Shown here: positions 23,938-37,800 of the stretch, piece by piece | Layout: each line of letters begins with the position of its first letter | Position numbering within the stretch: the stretch's first letter is position 1 | DNA from: Ministeria vibrans ATCC 50519 | Taxonomy: Eukaryota > Protista > Filasterea | Assembly (NCBI GenBank): GCA_943704425.1 | Contig: CALSCP010000597.1 | Location: forward strand, 1-47,221 | DNA: 47,221 nucleotides | Reading direction: 5' to 3' | Translations under genes and position numbers: made by a program | The notes under the pieces: model-generated | What the model was told of the DNA's origin: nothing | Database searches by the model: none | The model's input: only the letters and a program-made list of their open reading frames with translations

Positions 23938-25523
23938 ACCGTAACAGAATTAGAAGAATACCACCAATTTTGATACTGTTACCACACGAAAATGCAGTCA
24001 GACCGCCTTGCAAGCTCAACCGAAACTTCAAAGGTAACATGGGAGAAGAGTGGTGGGTCAGCAGTACATGTGTCGTCGCTCTCCAGTGCGGCAATCGCAA
24101 TGGTACGCCATATTCCCAGGGGGGCCTAAAGTCTGACACCAAGAGGTGTCTGTCGAGAGGAGTGTGAAGTCGAAGTCGTGGTTGAAGCAGTCAGTGCCGC
24201 GGTCGGCAGCAACAGGTCCAGGTGACTGCGGGCCCCTTGCCGTGGTACACGGCAAGGCAGGTTGGCTGCCGGGCGGCTGGTCTGCTCACTGTCGTGACTA
24301 CGCGTTAGACTTTGAGGATAAAGATCTGAATTGGTGGTGGAAAAGAAGAAGGAAAATGGGGGGTTTAAGGAGTCACTGGGTGGCGTTGGCAGCGACGATG
24401 AAATCTGTAAATCTCCCCAAATGATGAAATACTTGCGCGTCACTGATCGCGCGCAGTTCCGGCGCCTCGGCAACACTCTTGTTGACCAGTGAGTCGGGTC
24501 GGCACTCGGCGAGCACAGTGGAGCAAGAAGTGCTCTGGGCTCTCCAGCGATAGTTGTTGCAGTTTTGCTGTTGCGGCTGCTGTTGACAGACAGACATCCC
24601 CGCCTGGTGTTCATTTATTGATGTTGTGGCCGCGTAGCCCGAGAATGTGATATTTTATTCACTCAATAATCAGTCGTTCTGATGTTTGTGTTGTCGCTGT
24701 TTGAATCATTGAATGTCTTCTTCTTCATTCAATAATCAGGATATCAGTGGAGGTGGTGCGCTAACTGTGTCGGAGAAATGACTTTGCTCTAGGCACGATG
24801 GCTCGATAGACGCGTGTTCGTAGTACTTGAGGTTGTGAGCGTTTGCGTTTGTGGAGCTTAGTATTTTGTGGCGAGCGCCCAAAGTAAAGTTCGCACTCAA
24901 AGTTAGGAATTAGAATTCATTTCATTCCAATTTTCGGGCTGAAAGTTGAGTAGTTGACATTCATTTTTGCATCATGAACGGTATGAGCTTAATGAGTAGC
25001 GTCTATAGCGGGTATAGCCAAAAGGGAAGTTTTTCTTGAGGTCGTTTTGGGCGCGAATTTTGAGTATTGACTTTTGCTTCACGGGCGTTGTTTCAAAATT
25101 TTGCTGGTGTATTTTGACCCACATAGCTGGTGTTCACTTATAGACATGCAGTGGTTCTTGGTGGCCATGCTCTTCACCAAACTCCGGCGTTCATTTTTCA
25201 TTTTTTCTCGCCAGAAAATACGCAGTACGTACTCCGTGGAGTACGGGGCACATCTTTTCTTGTCACTCATCTAGAATTCTAGATTCTTCATCTCTCCGGC
25301 CTCCAGAGTCCAGAGTGGCAGAGTCCAGCGTCTTAACTTAACAATCATGGTATAAACAATTGAAAAATTGAAAATTGAAATCACTCATTAGTCAATAGTC
25401 AATTCGTTTATTTCGTCATTCCTATTTCACCTGCCCTTTTGCCCTTTGACAACAACTTTGTTCAGAGCGCCCACTTCAACTCTTTTCTACGACTCACACT
25501 CAACTACAGAGCCTAACACAGCA

Positions 25524-26474
25524 ATGGTAATATTCTTAACGTTTGGGCGTGTGCCGTGCTCAGCGCACAATTTGTCTGCGGGACTTGCCTGTACTGGTGT
25601 AACATGTGAGGGATGGCTAGAATGGGCGGCGGCAGCGCAAAGGATTTTGCGAGAAAGCGATTGGGCGCCTTTTTCGCAAGTTTGTCCGTTAGCGACTTGG
25701 TCGGATGTCGCCTTCTCGCCGTGTCCCTGCGCACGCCCCACTCGGTGCGTCCGCCCGGCTGCGTCGCTGCTGTGTGTGAGTGGGTGTGGGAAGTTGTCCC
25801 ATGGACTCTGATGGTCTCTGGCATCTCCTAAGTTTTTTTTTTTTTTTTTTTTTTGTCGCATTTTGCACTGGTGAGTCTCACCTTCGCTCTGCGAGGAGTT
25901 TGCGCCGCGCGACGTTGGCAATCTCATGTGTGCGGCTACTCCGTGTGGAGTTCAGTGTTTCTGCAAGCGCGCGGGGTGTTTTGGTGTTGGCGATTTGTTT
26001 GCCGTGACGTCTTTTATGGGTCAAGACGTTGTTTTTTGAAAAATGTGTTACTGATTTGTTATTGTGCTTTTCGGCTTAGTCTGGCCGTGGCCGATCCCGT
26101 TCTCCTGCCCGCAGTTCAAGCCCTGCACGATCAAGAGGCCGTGTTGCAAAGAGCCCGACGAAGAGCCCCGTGGCCAAGAGCCCTGCGCGCAGCAAGAGCC
26201 CTGCGCGTGCCAAGTCACCGGCACGCAGCAAGAGCCCTGCGCGCAGCAAGAGCCCCGCGCGTGCCAAGTCACCAGCACGCAGCAAGGCCTCGCCGACAAA
26301 GGTCAAGAGCACCCGCTCGGTGGGGCGTCCAAGGAAGACCAAGGAGCCCGAGGCGGACGACGACGACAACCAGGAGGCTCCCTTGGTCAAGGCTGAGTCA
26401 CCGGCGAAGCCGCGCGGACGCTCCAAGTCACCGGCGCGTGGCAAGTCACCGGCGCGCAAGCCTGCGGCGGCCAA

Positions 26475-26511
<37 letters not shown>

Positions 26512-26774
26512 CAGGAGGGCAAGACATACTCGGCGGGTCCGTCAGCAGACGACGTGAGCCCTCCGGCGCCCATTGAGGAGTACACGGTCCAAGACGACGA
26601 AATCCACCTCTTCAAGAAGACTCTCACTCTCTCCGGTACGCCTTTATGCGTCCTGTGCCTCTCCAAGGGAAACTGATGTGTTTTTTTTCTTCGTTTCCTA
26701 CAGTGGGCTATGCAGTGCTCTTCTCGTCTGTCTTTGGGCTTCTCTACAATCTCAGATCGGACGGATTCCTTTGA
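25524..26774 (+). CDS. Basic SGRG/SPAR-repeat (H1-tail-like) protein with AT-hook and C-terminal hydrophobic anchor; exons 25524-25526, 26080-26635, 26704-26774
   Basis: ATG|GTAATA donor and TTAG acceptor give MSGRGRSRSPAR..., then many KSPAR repeats, GRPRK and poly-Ala. A second intron (26636-26703) gives TLTLSVGYAVLFSSVFGLLYNL. Confidence 0.75.
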
Positions 26775-26871
26775 GCAAAATACATAATATTTTTTTATTA
26801 CTTTCTTTTTCACTCTAACTGCACCACGCGACAGTCGACCACTCGACGTACCACAACGCATTTGGTTTTAG

Positions 26872-27981
<1,110 letters not shown>

Positions 27982-28191
27982 GTAACAGCCCACCCCGCCC
28001 CTCGAATATCAATAAAACCAGACGCAGTAACAGAATTACATAAACGAATACCAATAATTATTATTATTATTATTACTGTTATTGTTCATTCGTGGATTTG
28101 CGTCGCGTGGGTCACAAAAATAAAGTGACACTGACGCGCGCACTCGTCAAACAATTGAACCATGATTTGCGTAACACCCATCAATGGATCC

Positions 28192-28594
28192 TCAGGGCAA
28201 TCTTTTCACAGCGTGGAGTGCAGGAAAGGACGCCCAAAGAGGGCTGTGACGAAACTCATAGAGGATTGCGGTGACAAAACGCGACGGGAGAAACTCGGGC
28301 GCAACCTAAAGACATACCAATTATTATTGTAATTATATGTGTAGTACGAATACCGTCTCGTCGGGTGCTTCTTTAATAGCACTGGCACTGAGCATGTCGA
28401 TGGCTTCGCGCGATTTGGGACGCAGGTGCACAGGTCGATTGCTATGGAAAAAAGCAGCATATGAACAACGACACTCCCTCGCATACACACTCTACCGAAA
28501 GTGGGCAATGTACGCAAAGGACGACTCAACAGGAGTCTGGCGAGTCCAATTGGTGTCACTGCGCGCACCTGTCTCAGTCAGAACCCGATGGATA
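28192..28594 (-). CDS. 3' end of a gene: three frame-compatible exons (28594-28496, 28441-28354, 28305-28192)
   Basis: GT-AG introns give ..IHRVLTETG..YIAHFRNRPVHL..VAPEFLPSRF..KRLP*. The upstream exon is not identified. Confidence 0.55.
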
Positions 28595-28596
28595 CT

Positions 28597-28726
<130 letters not shown>

Positions 28727-28867
28727 GGTAGGGTTAGAGAGGGAAAAGGCAAAAAAAATATTATATCAAAAACGTAAAAATAATAATAATAATAATTATT
28801 ATTATTAATTTATTAATATTATTAATATTATTATTATTATTATTATTATTATAAATTATTTCCTTAC

Positions 28868-31800
28868 TCATAATAAAAACGCGACGGACGTCCGCCGTCT
28901 CATGCGAATCTACTCGTTGGTCAGTCCACACATCCTTGAGATTCGCCAAGGCCGTCGCCGGGCTGGTGCCCTCATCAAAGGTGAACATGTCGAGCATAGC
29001 CTGTCCAATGGCATTGCTAAAGGGCTGGTCCAGTGCCTTGACAACACTCTCTCGTCCACTTGTGCCAAAGCGCGCTACTGCAAAGGGCTGCTCGGCACGT
29101 CGTAGTGCCTCCACAAGTACTACGATCGCCTCAAACATGCGATTCTTCTGACACTGCATCGTTCCCGAGTTGTCCACACACAGACACCATTCAAAGCTGA
29201 TGGGATGCTCGCGCGCCAGCAACAAGGACGACGTCGTCTGAAACAACATGACCAACGACTCGACCATGGTGACGACCTCTTTGACGCCAAGCAACCGCGA
29301 AAAGGTCCAGCTTTCCACCTGATGTGCCATGTCTTCCGTTACAACACCCTCGAGCCGCTGTAGCCGACCGCTCGAGGGCTTTTCAGCACGCACCGTACCC
29401 CGAAAGACCTCGTTCAGATCCGCATCGTGGTTCTTGTCCACCAGTGCCGATGCCGCCATTTTGATCGCAACCTCCTTCATCTCAGTATTCTGTTGCACCA
29501 CACCCGTCTCCACAACCGTATCCTCCACCGCCTGCTCGCACAAGTGTTGAATCGACGGTGGCAAGAGTATGTCATCCCCTCCTCCATGACTAATGTTGGG
29601 CGCATCCAACTTCGCCTTCTCCTCCCTCTCCTCCGCCTCTTGCCTCACCCGCAGTCGGTTGCGTCCACGCTGCTGCACGGCTGCCGAGCCGGTGACTCCG
29701 TCGTCGACAACTCCCATGCTTTCCACACGAGAAAAGTCTACCGCAAAGGCGTCCTCATGCATTGCAAAGCCATGGTCCTGCTGCACTGCCACAGCGACTG
29801 CCATCGCCGGGTTCACATCGGGCATTGCAACCTGATCTCCGTCACCCCCAAACACTTGGGAAAGCGCAGTCGCCTCTATCTCAAGGTCTAAATCAACTTT
29901 CAGGTGGGCATGGTGCTTGGGCATATCCGGAAAAGCATCATCCTCGAGCTCAGGACGGTCGTGGCTCGCACCTGCCTTGTTCGCATCAATGTCGCTCCCG
30001 GACAGTTTGAACGGTAACACTGCACTACGACTCGTGGCCAACGCAGAAATGTTGAGCATGTCAAATGCGTCCTGCATGTCCTTGGCGAGTCTTTCGCGGG
30101 GCACTTGCGACAGCAGGTGCTTCACAGGCTTGCCCAAACCGCGCAACAGTTCGCTCGCACACGTCTTCTCGCTGAACGACACCTGTCCCAGCAACTCCAG
30201 CTGCATCGCCGCTGCCTCGATCACGCGCAACAGCTTCAAACCAGTCCACAAGTAGCGTACACTCTTGTCAGTGGACATTTGGCCGAGTTGCGCACCCAAG
30301 CACATCGGAACAAACTTGGATTCCCACAGTTGCGACGCTCGCTTGATCAGAGGCATTGCGTTGACCAGAGTCTCCAGGCTATCCTTTGTCACAACTTCTT
30401 GTTCCACCTGCATCATTTGCATGACCACACTCACCAGGGAGTTCATCTCCTGCGTGGTCGCTTTGACACGCAGTAGATGTGCCGCTTCCATTTCCTCCGT
30501 TCGAGCACTTTTCGTCAGCGACGGTGGCGCCAGACTCTCCTTTGACGCGCGCTCGCCTCCGGGCAAAATCGTCTGCACGACGATAGGCTTTTGCTCGGGA
30601 AACGCGATCCAACGGGGGGCCAGTGTGGTCGACAAGACTCCACTTCCGTTCATGGCTAAATATGTCGCCATCTCCCTCTCAGTAGCGCCAAAAATTCCAG
30701 ACATCCTGCGCACATCGTCATTTGTCTCGCGTGTCTCCGTAGTTGAGACGCGCGCTGCTGCTCCATGGACCAGGCCAAATCGAACCGTCGGCTGCGCCCG
30801 GACTACTTTTACGCTCGCGCTCCTCACACTGCTTCCTCCTCTTCCTCGCGCACTCCCATACAGCTTGGCTGTTCCCACAGCCACTCCGACAAGCGACAGT
30901 GAAGCACTCAGCGGAGATTGAGCTGTGAGAAGAGCAGCGGCATTCGAGACAATGTTCGACACAGTCAGTTCTTCGCCTGTGATTCGCATCACACAAGAAA
31001 GACAGTCCAGAGCCGCCGTCACAGCCTCGCACACACCTTCGCCGCGGTTAAGCGCCTCACTGAGGGAAACTACCGCTCGGTAAAGATGCGACGCCCTGCA
31101 CACAATTTGACCGGGCTCGCCTGGGAGCAGAGTGAGTCGTCGAGCGACCGCGGCAAACTTGTCAGCAAAATCGCCTTCGTGAATCATCTCCGCGATACTC
31201 TTGACCTCCCTCACCGCCAAAGTCAGTCCACCCGCCTTCTCAATGTTGGCAGTTCGAATGAGTTCTGCCACTGCGTCCAGCATGTCAATAGGTGCGTTCG
31301 CCTCGACTGCCCTAATCAAATTGCGCACAGTCACCGATACTTGGAGTACACTCCAATCGAGTCCCGCTGCCGCCGCCATGCCCTCCATTACGCCCAACGT
31401 ATCATCGACGCTTACATCACGTGTCATTTTGACAATCAAGTTTACCACTTGATGTACCTTGGCGCGCTGCTTTGGCTCAAACACAATCGCCATCCCAGCC
31501 GCAGTTTCAATGGCATTGCGCGTACTCAGAGGACCCAGCTGCGACACTGCCATCAGGTTTGTCAAACGTTTTACAGCGCGACTCATGCGTGCGGCAGCTA
31601 CTCGCGCACTATCAGGAAGCACAATGCCAATCAATGCATCCGCGTAATGCAGCGTGTGAGGAACGTCGCCGAGCGACGCCTGGTTATACACGTGACCAAA
31701 ATTCCGCAGCACCTTCATCGCCTTTGCCTCGTCCGCAATACCAAGCTTCAACTGAAACATCGCCTTGACTCGGGCGTCAGAGGAAGGTTTCATACCCCAG

Positions 31801-34800
31801 GTTTCGATGAGTTGTGGCTCGTCTTTCAAGATGCGAGCAATCTCCCGCACCACTTCGACACCAAGGGGTCCCAGACGATCACCAGCAAGAAAGCTCATCA
31901 ACTGCCCAACATGGTAGAGCAACTCGTGGGTGCCCATTGCGCCCTCGTGACCGCGCAGCAGCTTGGCTGCAACGCGACCAATGTTCGCGCCACGCGTTCC
32001 ACCCATGCCTAGGACACCTTTGAGTGCCTTGGCCGCGACCACAGTACCCACATTGCCATCCAGAGCATGATCAGCCGCTTGGAACATGCGCTGTACCATT
32101 TTTCTAGCACTTTCGTCGACGGAAGGCAGGCCGGCAGCGCGAGAAATGTGCTCCACTGTTGCCAACGCGTCGCTTAGTGAGTCGACATTGGAACGCAAGA
32201 GCCTTTCAATTTCCTGCGTTACTCTCCTGGCTACACACGACTCGTGCTCACCCAGCGTTGTTGCAATGCTTCGCACGGCCTCCAGCAGTTTTGTAGGCGT
32301 AAAATGCACCGTCGCGTCTCGCTTGGTCACATCAGCCAGCAGCTCAATGGTCTCGCCGTACTCCAGCTCTCGTGGCAACACGGAATTCAACAACTGTCCA
32401 GCGCTCCGCACCATAGCAGACACGTTCCTCATGGGCTCCGTTGCTGCAGCCTGTAAAAACTCATCTGCCAGCGCGCTTGAGCCATCAAACCTCTCGCGGA
32501 TGCACCTCTGGCGGTCTTCAACGGTGAGTAGAGCCCCAATCTCCTCGTAATGATGGCAAACATTCTCAAGAGAGTCGAGGGAACGACACGCACTGGCTCC
32601 CAGTCTCGCTCGGCCACCACCCACAGCTGCGAGCGTCTCGATCACAAGAGAGAAAAGCTCCTCTTGCGCTACTGACGACGCATCGACGGTCATCAGAGCG
32701 TACACCAACTCCCCAGCATTTATTGACTCCTCGGTGCCGCTCGCCAACAAGACACCCTTGATCACACGAGCAGCAGCAGTATCCATCGTGCCATCCTCCA
32801 ACATCTCCTTCACCGCCTTGAGCGCCTCCTGTATTGCAAATTGCGCTCGTCCACCAACACGCTCACTGACCAACTTCTTCATGCCGCGCCACGTCTCGCG
32901 TCCATTGCCACTTGTCAACTGCTCCAACTGAGGCTCACAAAATCCGTCCACGAGACCACACATAATCTGATTAGCATTCTGCGCGAAGAGTCCGTTAATC
33001 AGGTTGAGCACGGTGTTGCGTTGGCCCTCGTAGTGCATCGCATCCAACGATAGCCTTGCCAGCAGCAGTTTGCCCTCGCGTTCATCATCCACATACACCT
33101 CCGCTGACTCGAGAAGACGCTTTGCGAATTGCATAAAGCGCTCGCTGTTCTCATTCGTCCTGTGTGTCTGACGTACCACGTCTGCCACCAATGTGAAACT
33201 GGCATTCAACTGATAATCCTGCTTCAGGATCGCATCAAGCTTCGCCTTGATCACATCATGGGTCTTGAACGCCTTCAGTGCATCGACATACGCCTTTGCG
33301 CTCTGCGACGATCCCTGTGAGTTGGTTGCGTGCACCAAAAGTGCATCGGCGTGCACGACAAGTTGCTCCGACGCACCCACCGCACCAACACAAAGCAGCT
33401 TGACCATCTCATCGTAAAGTGGAGCACTCTTTTCCAGCTTGCAACCCATTGCCTTGAGAGCCGGTGGAAGAAACATTGAGGGAGGGCAGTCAGCAGAGTC
33501 TGGACCACCAATCAGACTTCGCAGCGAGTTCATCGCTTGCGTCACGACAGCCTCCGATACACCTTGAAAGCGATGAAGGGCCTGTAGCAAGGCCGTCTCG
33601 CGCGATAGGTGCCGAATGGACTTGTAAAAACCTCCCGCTCCTCTTTCTCCTTCTGATTGTCCGTCAGTCCCAGCGGCCTGTTCATATACCATGCGCACCA
33701 TCTCCGTAGCGACTGCCAGTGCCACATGGAATGGCTTTCCCTCGCGTGCACCACCCTCGCCGACGAGCCATTGCAACCCTGCCACGTCGCCCACTTCCAC
33801 GTTGTCCCACACAATGACTTGTTGAAATAGAGGAGTGGTGGGTGGCCGTTCGACATCTTCCACCACCTTACCGTGCACCTCAAGGCAAACACAATCTTTA
33901 GACACCTTGCCCTCCTTGTCAAACACATAAGAGTTTAATGACTCCAATGTAACGGTAAAGCTGAAGGGACCAAGAGGCAAGCCAGAAGCATCGACACACG
34001 CCACAATATTCTTCGCTGTACCCTCCTTCACTGCGAGACCCACAATCTTGCAATTCGATCCGTCCTTCAGACGAATCTCCTTGTTCCCTCCCAAATCCAG
34101 CCACGCGTACCCGCCAGTGCCCTCGTGAGGAGGTACGTCAAGGCGACACGTAGCATTCAAAAGAAAGTTCCCAAAGTTGGAGATGAGAATCGTGCTCGAC
34201 CTGGATGTCAATCCCAGTGGTATATCGCCCATGTGAACAAGCGCAACCGGTGTGACGCGCATAATGGCCCGCTGAATCTTCACCGAGGCAGTCACGCTCG
34301 GTCCATTTTCACCAAGCTTCAAGAACCTGGGAAGCGATGAGCTGCGCGGTGGAAGTGACACAGGTGCGTACGTCAATTGGACGCTGACACGATTATTGTC
34401 TTTGCCCGAGGGCACCCGTAAATTTCCATCCAAAGACCAACCCGAATCGTCGTCAAGCGGCGCCAAAAAGCCATCGACATTGCCTGTGTTCTCCACCACC
34501 AGAGCTTGCGATGTCACCCCCACAAATTTGCCGTCTTTAAACGCGCTCGTGTTCATGTCCTTCAGGTTCATCTTCAGTTCGACTTCCTGGGGCGAAATAA
34601 TCAACCGTGACTCACCGACGATCACACATAGCGACATGGATAACGAGGTGGGCACACCCGCCACCATGATTTGCAGCAAGAATTTTTTGGAGATTTCAGT
34701 ACAAGTAGTCTTCCACGCGCTTATGCGCAAAGGCAACGCACGGCGCGAACCCGCCCCAACCGTTCCACAGTTCAGCTCTGAAACGACATGGTTGTTGGGG

Positions 34801-37800
34801 TCGATGGACACCTTCACACATGCTGGAACAGTGCCCTTGTTGACAAGATACAGCGTGAGCTCACGTTCACCATCGGGACTCACTGCAATGCTTGAATCCG
34901 CAGAGGGAATACAAGAGTGATCACTTAGCACAATGCCTTGTTCGTCCTCAAGCACCACACGAGGCACAACCAGCTTGCCGATCACATCAAACTCGCGCAC
35001 ATTGTCGGCACTGCGCACACCCACAGCAAGTGAGCTAGACACATCCCAGCCAAGCTCTTCGTCCTGACGGTTCACTACTGACTCAGTCTTTTCCGGTGCT
35101 GTCGCTGGCGGCTGGGCCGTCAGCACAAAGGCGCGCGTCTGATGTGGTCGTAGGAGCATGTCTGTAAACGCAAGCTCCAGTCTGCAGGGTCCATTTCGAG
35201 CGCTGCGAATGAGACCCACGAGGCGTACCGGCACGTTCATCATCGATCGAACTTTCAATTCTTGCTCAACACAAGTCGAGCCAACGGCAATGTGACCAAA
35301 GTCAATCGTAGAGCGGTCAAACTCCACATGAAGTGGCTCCACCACGCCAGACAGATGGAGTTCCAGCTGGTGTTCATCGTCGCCCGACTCCTGCTCCGTC
35401 GTGTGCACATCGCTCTCACAACCCGCGACAATCTTCTCTGGATGGAGCGTCAGCTGAACACTAAACGCGCCACATGTATTGCTCGGCAGCTCAAAGGGCA
35501 CGTCCAGACTACCGCGTGAGGTGAGCACCATCGCTTCAGGGCTCGTGACAGACGTAAAGATCGACGAATCGTAGAGGCCACGCATCTTGAGGTGCACCGC
35601 GTCGCTCGTCCAGTTCTCAAAGCGCAACACACGACGGGTCGAGTCAGTGTGCTGAAGCACATAGCCAAAATCCACGTTAGCAAGCGCAGGGGAAAAGATC
35701 AAGTCGCCACTGTCAGTTTCCGTCAGCATCACAGAGATTTCGTTGGGGCACTTCACCTCGGCCAGTGGGTTCAGCACGTTGGCATCTTCTCCCTCACTCT
35801 TGTCCAGCTTTTCTTCCGCAACACAGTTGGGCATTGCGGAAGAAGCAGCAATCATTTCTGGGTCGACACTGACAATCTGTCGCATTTTCGAAATCATCTC
35901 TACACGCATTCGTTTGCGTGTCAGACAACTCTGAATGGCACGCTTAAAGGGCCGCACACGACTTTCCAGCTCCTGCCGCTCATTCGCAGACGGCCAGCCG
36001 GCCGACGCAAGTGCTTTGAGAGTCACATCCCAGTCGGACGATACATCAGCGAGACCTCTGGTGACAACGAGGGCAAGCATTGACAGTGTGCCCATGTGGA
36101 TCATCAGCGAGCCGAGCTGTCGCATCGCCTCTTCAAAACCTTTGATGGAGCTGACAAAGAACACGGAGCGAGATGTCGAAAATTCCGGGACACACACATT
36201 GTCCATCATGTGAACGATAGAAGCATTATCAAACGTCCTTCGCTGAAACTGAATGACAGAGTCAATGGGGCGGTTCCCGTGCCTGTCGGGCCACGGCTTT
36301 TTTGACGCCACAAAGGTCTTAATGCTCTTGTACTCTGCTGAAAGCTTCTCAATCACCGACACAAACGCCTCAGTCCTCTCCCAACAGACCTGTAAAGTCT
36401 GGCTCGTCGTCTCACCACTCGCTACGTCAACGGCGGCGACCAGTTTGTCGCAAAAGTCTGTGCCTACTCTCGAAAAGACAGCCAGAGACTCCTGAAGAGT
36501 TACAAAACCTTTTACCAATGTGTGCTCCTCCACATAGCTCTCGTCCTCTTCCCGCTGCAGCTGCAAATCCTTGTTCAAACGCTTTTCATAGGCAATAAGA
36601 CTTGAAAAGTTCATTCGAACCAGCGCAGCGGGTTTCACCAGCGGCTTGATTTTCGCCAAAGCAGTGCGCATATCAGAGTAGGCTTGACGAAAGCCTTCGT
36701 GGGTGCTGCGAGCATCAAAAAATGACTGACGAGGCGGCTTGGAGGGTGCCGGAGCGTGCGCTGTAGCGACGACAAGCGACGCCTGTCCAATTCGAGCATT
36801 CCGAGGGGCACTTTGTGAGGCGGCACTAGAGGACTTTCTCAGGTTGGCGCGTGCGTCGGCCGGGTTGACGCCGCCCAGGCCTGGCATCAAAACAGCACCG
36901 GCAAGGGGGTTGCGTTGAGCTCCGCGCTCACTCGTCCCCTCCTGTTTTCCGCTGACATCTCCAGAATCGCCAACAGAACCGGCTGCAACTGGGAGGTCGT
37001 CGGCAACGGAAGTCGATTTTACAGTAGCAGGCACTGTAGGCGGTGGGGGGCGAGGAGGTGCTGTCTTCGTTGAAGGGTTTGAAGATCTCTCCCGACCTCT
37101 CTCTGGTACGTCTTGAGCCAAAGAGGCGGACGATGAGTCTGCTGTCAATACACCAGCGCGCGGGCGATAAATGAGGCCCACAAACTCCGGGCGGACATTC
37201 AGCGTCGCATTGCCAGTGGTGAAAATTGAATGGGTTGTAACCACCAGTTTGATTGATGCCTTTGAATGGGCTTCGGATTTCAACTGGCGTAACGTATACT
37301 TGAAGCACCGGGAGGGGCAACGTTCGGCATTTGCGACGTACATTTTGGGCGCATACGCAACGTCAATGACAATTCTCCAATTCAGCGTGTGTCGAGGAAG
37401 ATCAAATTCTAACTCCCAAGCATTTTGTTTCCAGTTCTCCAGCTCACACACACGCTCGCTGTACACTCGCGTGTCCGTTTCCAACTTGACTGTAATCCGC
37501 TCAAAGCTGTGTCCACGCAAGCCCGTGAATCCGAGTTTGAGTGTTTTGAAAAAGAAGTAAAAAAGCTTGTTCCAAGAAGGGCCAGGGATGGTGCAGCCTT
37601 CGGGAAGGTGTTTCATGAGGTCTTTTCCAAGGGCAAGATCATCTTGAATCTCGTCGATGGTACCATTCATTTCGCGCTTCGTCGCCCAAGCATGAGCCAC
37701 GGAGAAGAAGCGCGCAGCCAGGGACGCGCAGTGTTTCACGTTCAAGGCACGCTGCTCCTTGGCATCCTCCCACGCCTTCTTTTCCTTCTCGTGTATTGTC

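Noticed and set aside
23950-24720. Possible small minus-strand gene or pseudogene
   Set aside because: GC-richer sequence with splice-like sites, but I could not build a consistent frame or recognise a motif.
26080-26676. Annotation as canonical histone H1 or H2A/H4
   Set aside because: No winged-helix globular domain or histone fold is visible.
28761-28867. ORF-track C-terminus SKEIIYNNNN..IIII of the giant protein
   Set aside because: Read-through into an intron beyond the GTAAG donor at 28867.
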